Shown in pieces: positions 13,710 through 13,947 of a stretch of DNA of 13,947 bases (the first letter of the stretch is position 1; every line of letters starts with the position of its first letter). Source of the DNA: Anaerolineae bacterium (GTDB taxonomy: Bacteria; Chloroflexota; Anaerolineae; Promineifilales; Promineifilaceae). Position numbers and translations under genes: made by a program. The stretch covers positions 1 through 13,947 of the forward strand of contig WFSA01000009.1 of assembly GCA_015486215.1 (NCBI GenBank). The letters are read 5' to 3'. Below the pieces are notes generated by a model. That model saw nothing but the letters and a program-made list of their open reading frames with translations. It was not told the DNA's origin and did not search any database.

Positions 13710-13947
13710 GCCGCTTTGTCGTTAAGACAAAACGGCCGTTATCACGATCTCTATCCAGAGTGATATGGTTGCAGAATGGGGCTAACTGTATGCGAAGGTA
13801 CGCAGAACAGAACGGCAAAGCCGCCCAAGTCAGCAATATAGAACTCCTATTATAGGGAATACGGGGGGATGTGACAGTAACGGGTCACATCAAATAGGCA
13901 CTTTTGGTTTCATAACCAATCTATCCTCCACCGGGTCTTAGGGAAGG

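Noticed and set aside
13582-13836. 84-aa minus-strand ORF at the window end.
   Set aside because: Its first codons run through MITE copy D and the TSD. It has no SD and looks like a repeat-derived ORF.
13840-13947. Possible small RNA or tRNA at the 3' edge (hairpin GATGTGAC-N8-GTCACATC at ~13872-13895). A GGAGGA-ATG mini-ORF encoding MKPKVPI lies on the minus strand.
   Set aside because: I cannot build a cloverleaf or conserved motif. The peptide is only 7 codons. The window probably ends in the leader or promoter of a gene beyond the edge, so nothing can be supported.

Overview
This 13.9 kb window is about 52% GC and comes from a bacterial chromosome. Genes with start-codon signals have AAGGAG/GGAG Shine-Dalgarno sites; the taxon cannot be determined from the sequence alone. 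I found no rRNA, tRNA or CRISPR array.

Credible protein genes:
- 3' part of a clan GH-A (GH5-like) glycoside hydrolase with a Pro/Thr linker (2..1339, +)
- small zinc-ribbon membrane protein (1968..2300, +)
- secreted GxSxG alpha/beta-hydrolase with a C-terminal FN3-like domain (2415..3851, -)
- NarL-type two-component pair: a multi-TM HAMP-GAF-HisKA_3 sensor kinase (4116..6767, +) and a REC-LuxR regulator (6757..7434, +)
- secreted LamG_3 (concanavalin-like) protein (7654..8457, +)
- lipoprotein with CarboxypepD_reg-like and PPC-like domains (8647..10053, +)
- atypical receiver-only ORF (10261..10632, +)
- minus-strand operon of a small membrane protein (possibly NfeD-like) and a flotillin/SPFH protein (13338..10986)

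The most unusual content is non-coding:
1. An 8/10-mer palindrome ACGGCCGT / AACGGCCGTT occurs 26 and 14 times by manual count, in every frame, on both strands and between genes. This resembles a HIP1-style highly iterated palindrome with a different core.
2. A family of ~112-bp MITE-like elements has terminal inverted repeats GTATCTTCTCA(A/G)TA and an internal 14-bp inverted repeat around TTGACAAATTT. There are at least four fairly intact copies plus relics, and every one sits in an intergenic or promoter position. The evidence for transposition is target-site duplications (9-bp GCCGCTTTG, 8-bp AGTATCAT), a nested insertion and a chimeric copy. Each copy carries a TTGACA-N16-TATTTT promoter-like module that always points into the adjacent gene.
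3. A 33-bp perfect palindrome (15-bp arms) occurs twice in 5' leader regions. Only the three central bases differ (GGC versus GCG).
4. A GGGTA-N4-TACCC palindrome with a conserved ~45-bp flank occurs twice, upstream of the two genes downstream of the NarL-type regulator.
5. An iteron-like triple CACTGAT direct repeat lies inside a 15-bp-stem inverted repeat.
6. A receiver-domain ORF takes its last codons and stop codon from a decayed MITE copy.

All counts, coordinates and motif matches are read by eye from the sequence. No database search was possible.
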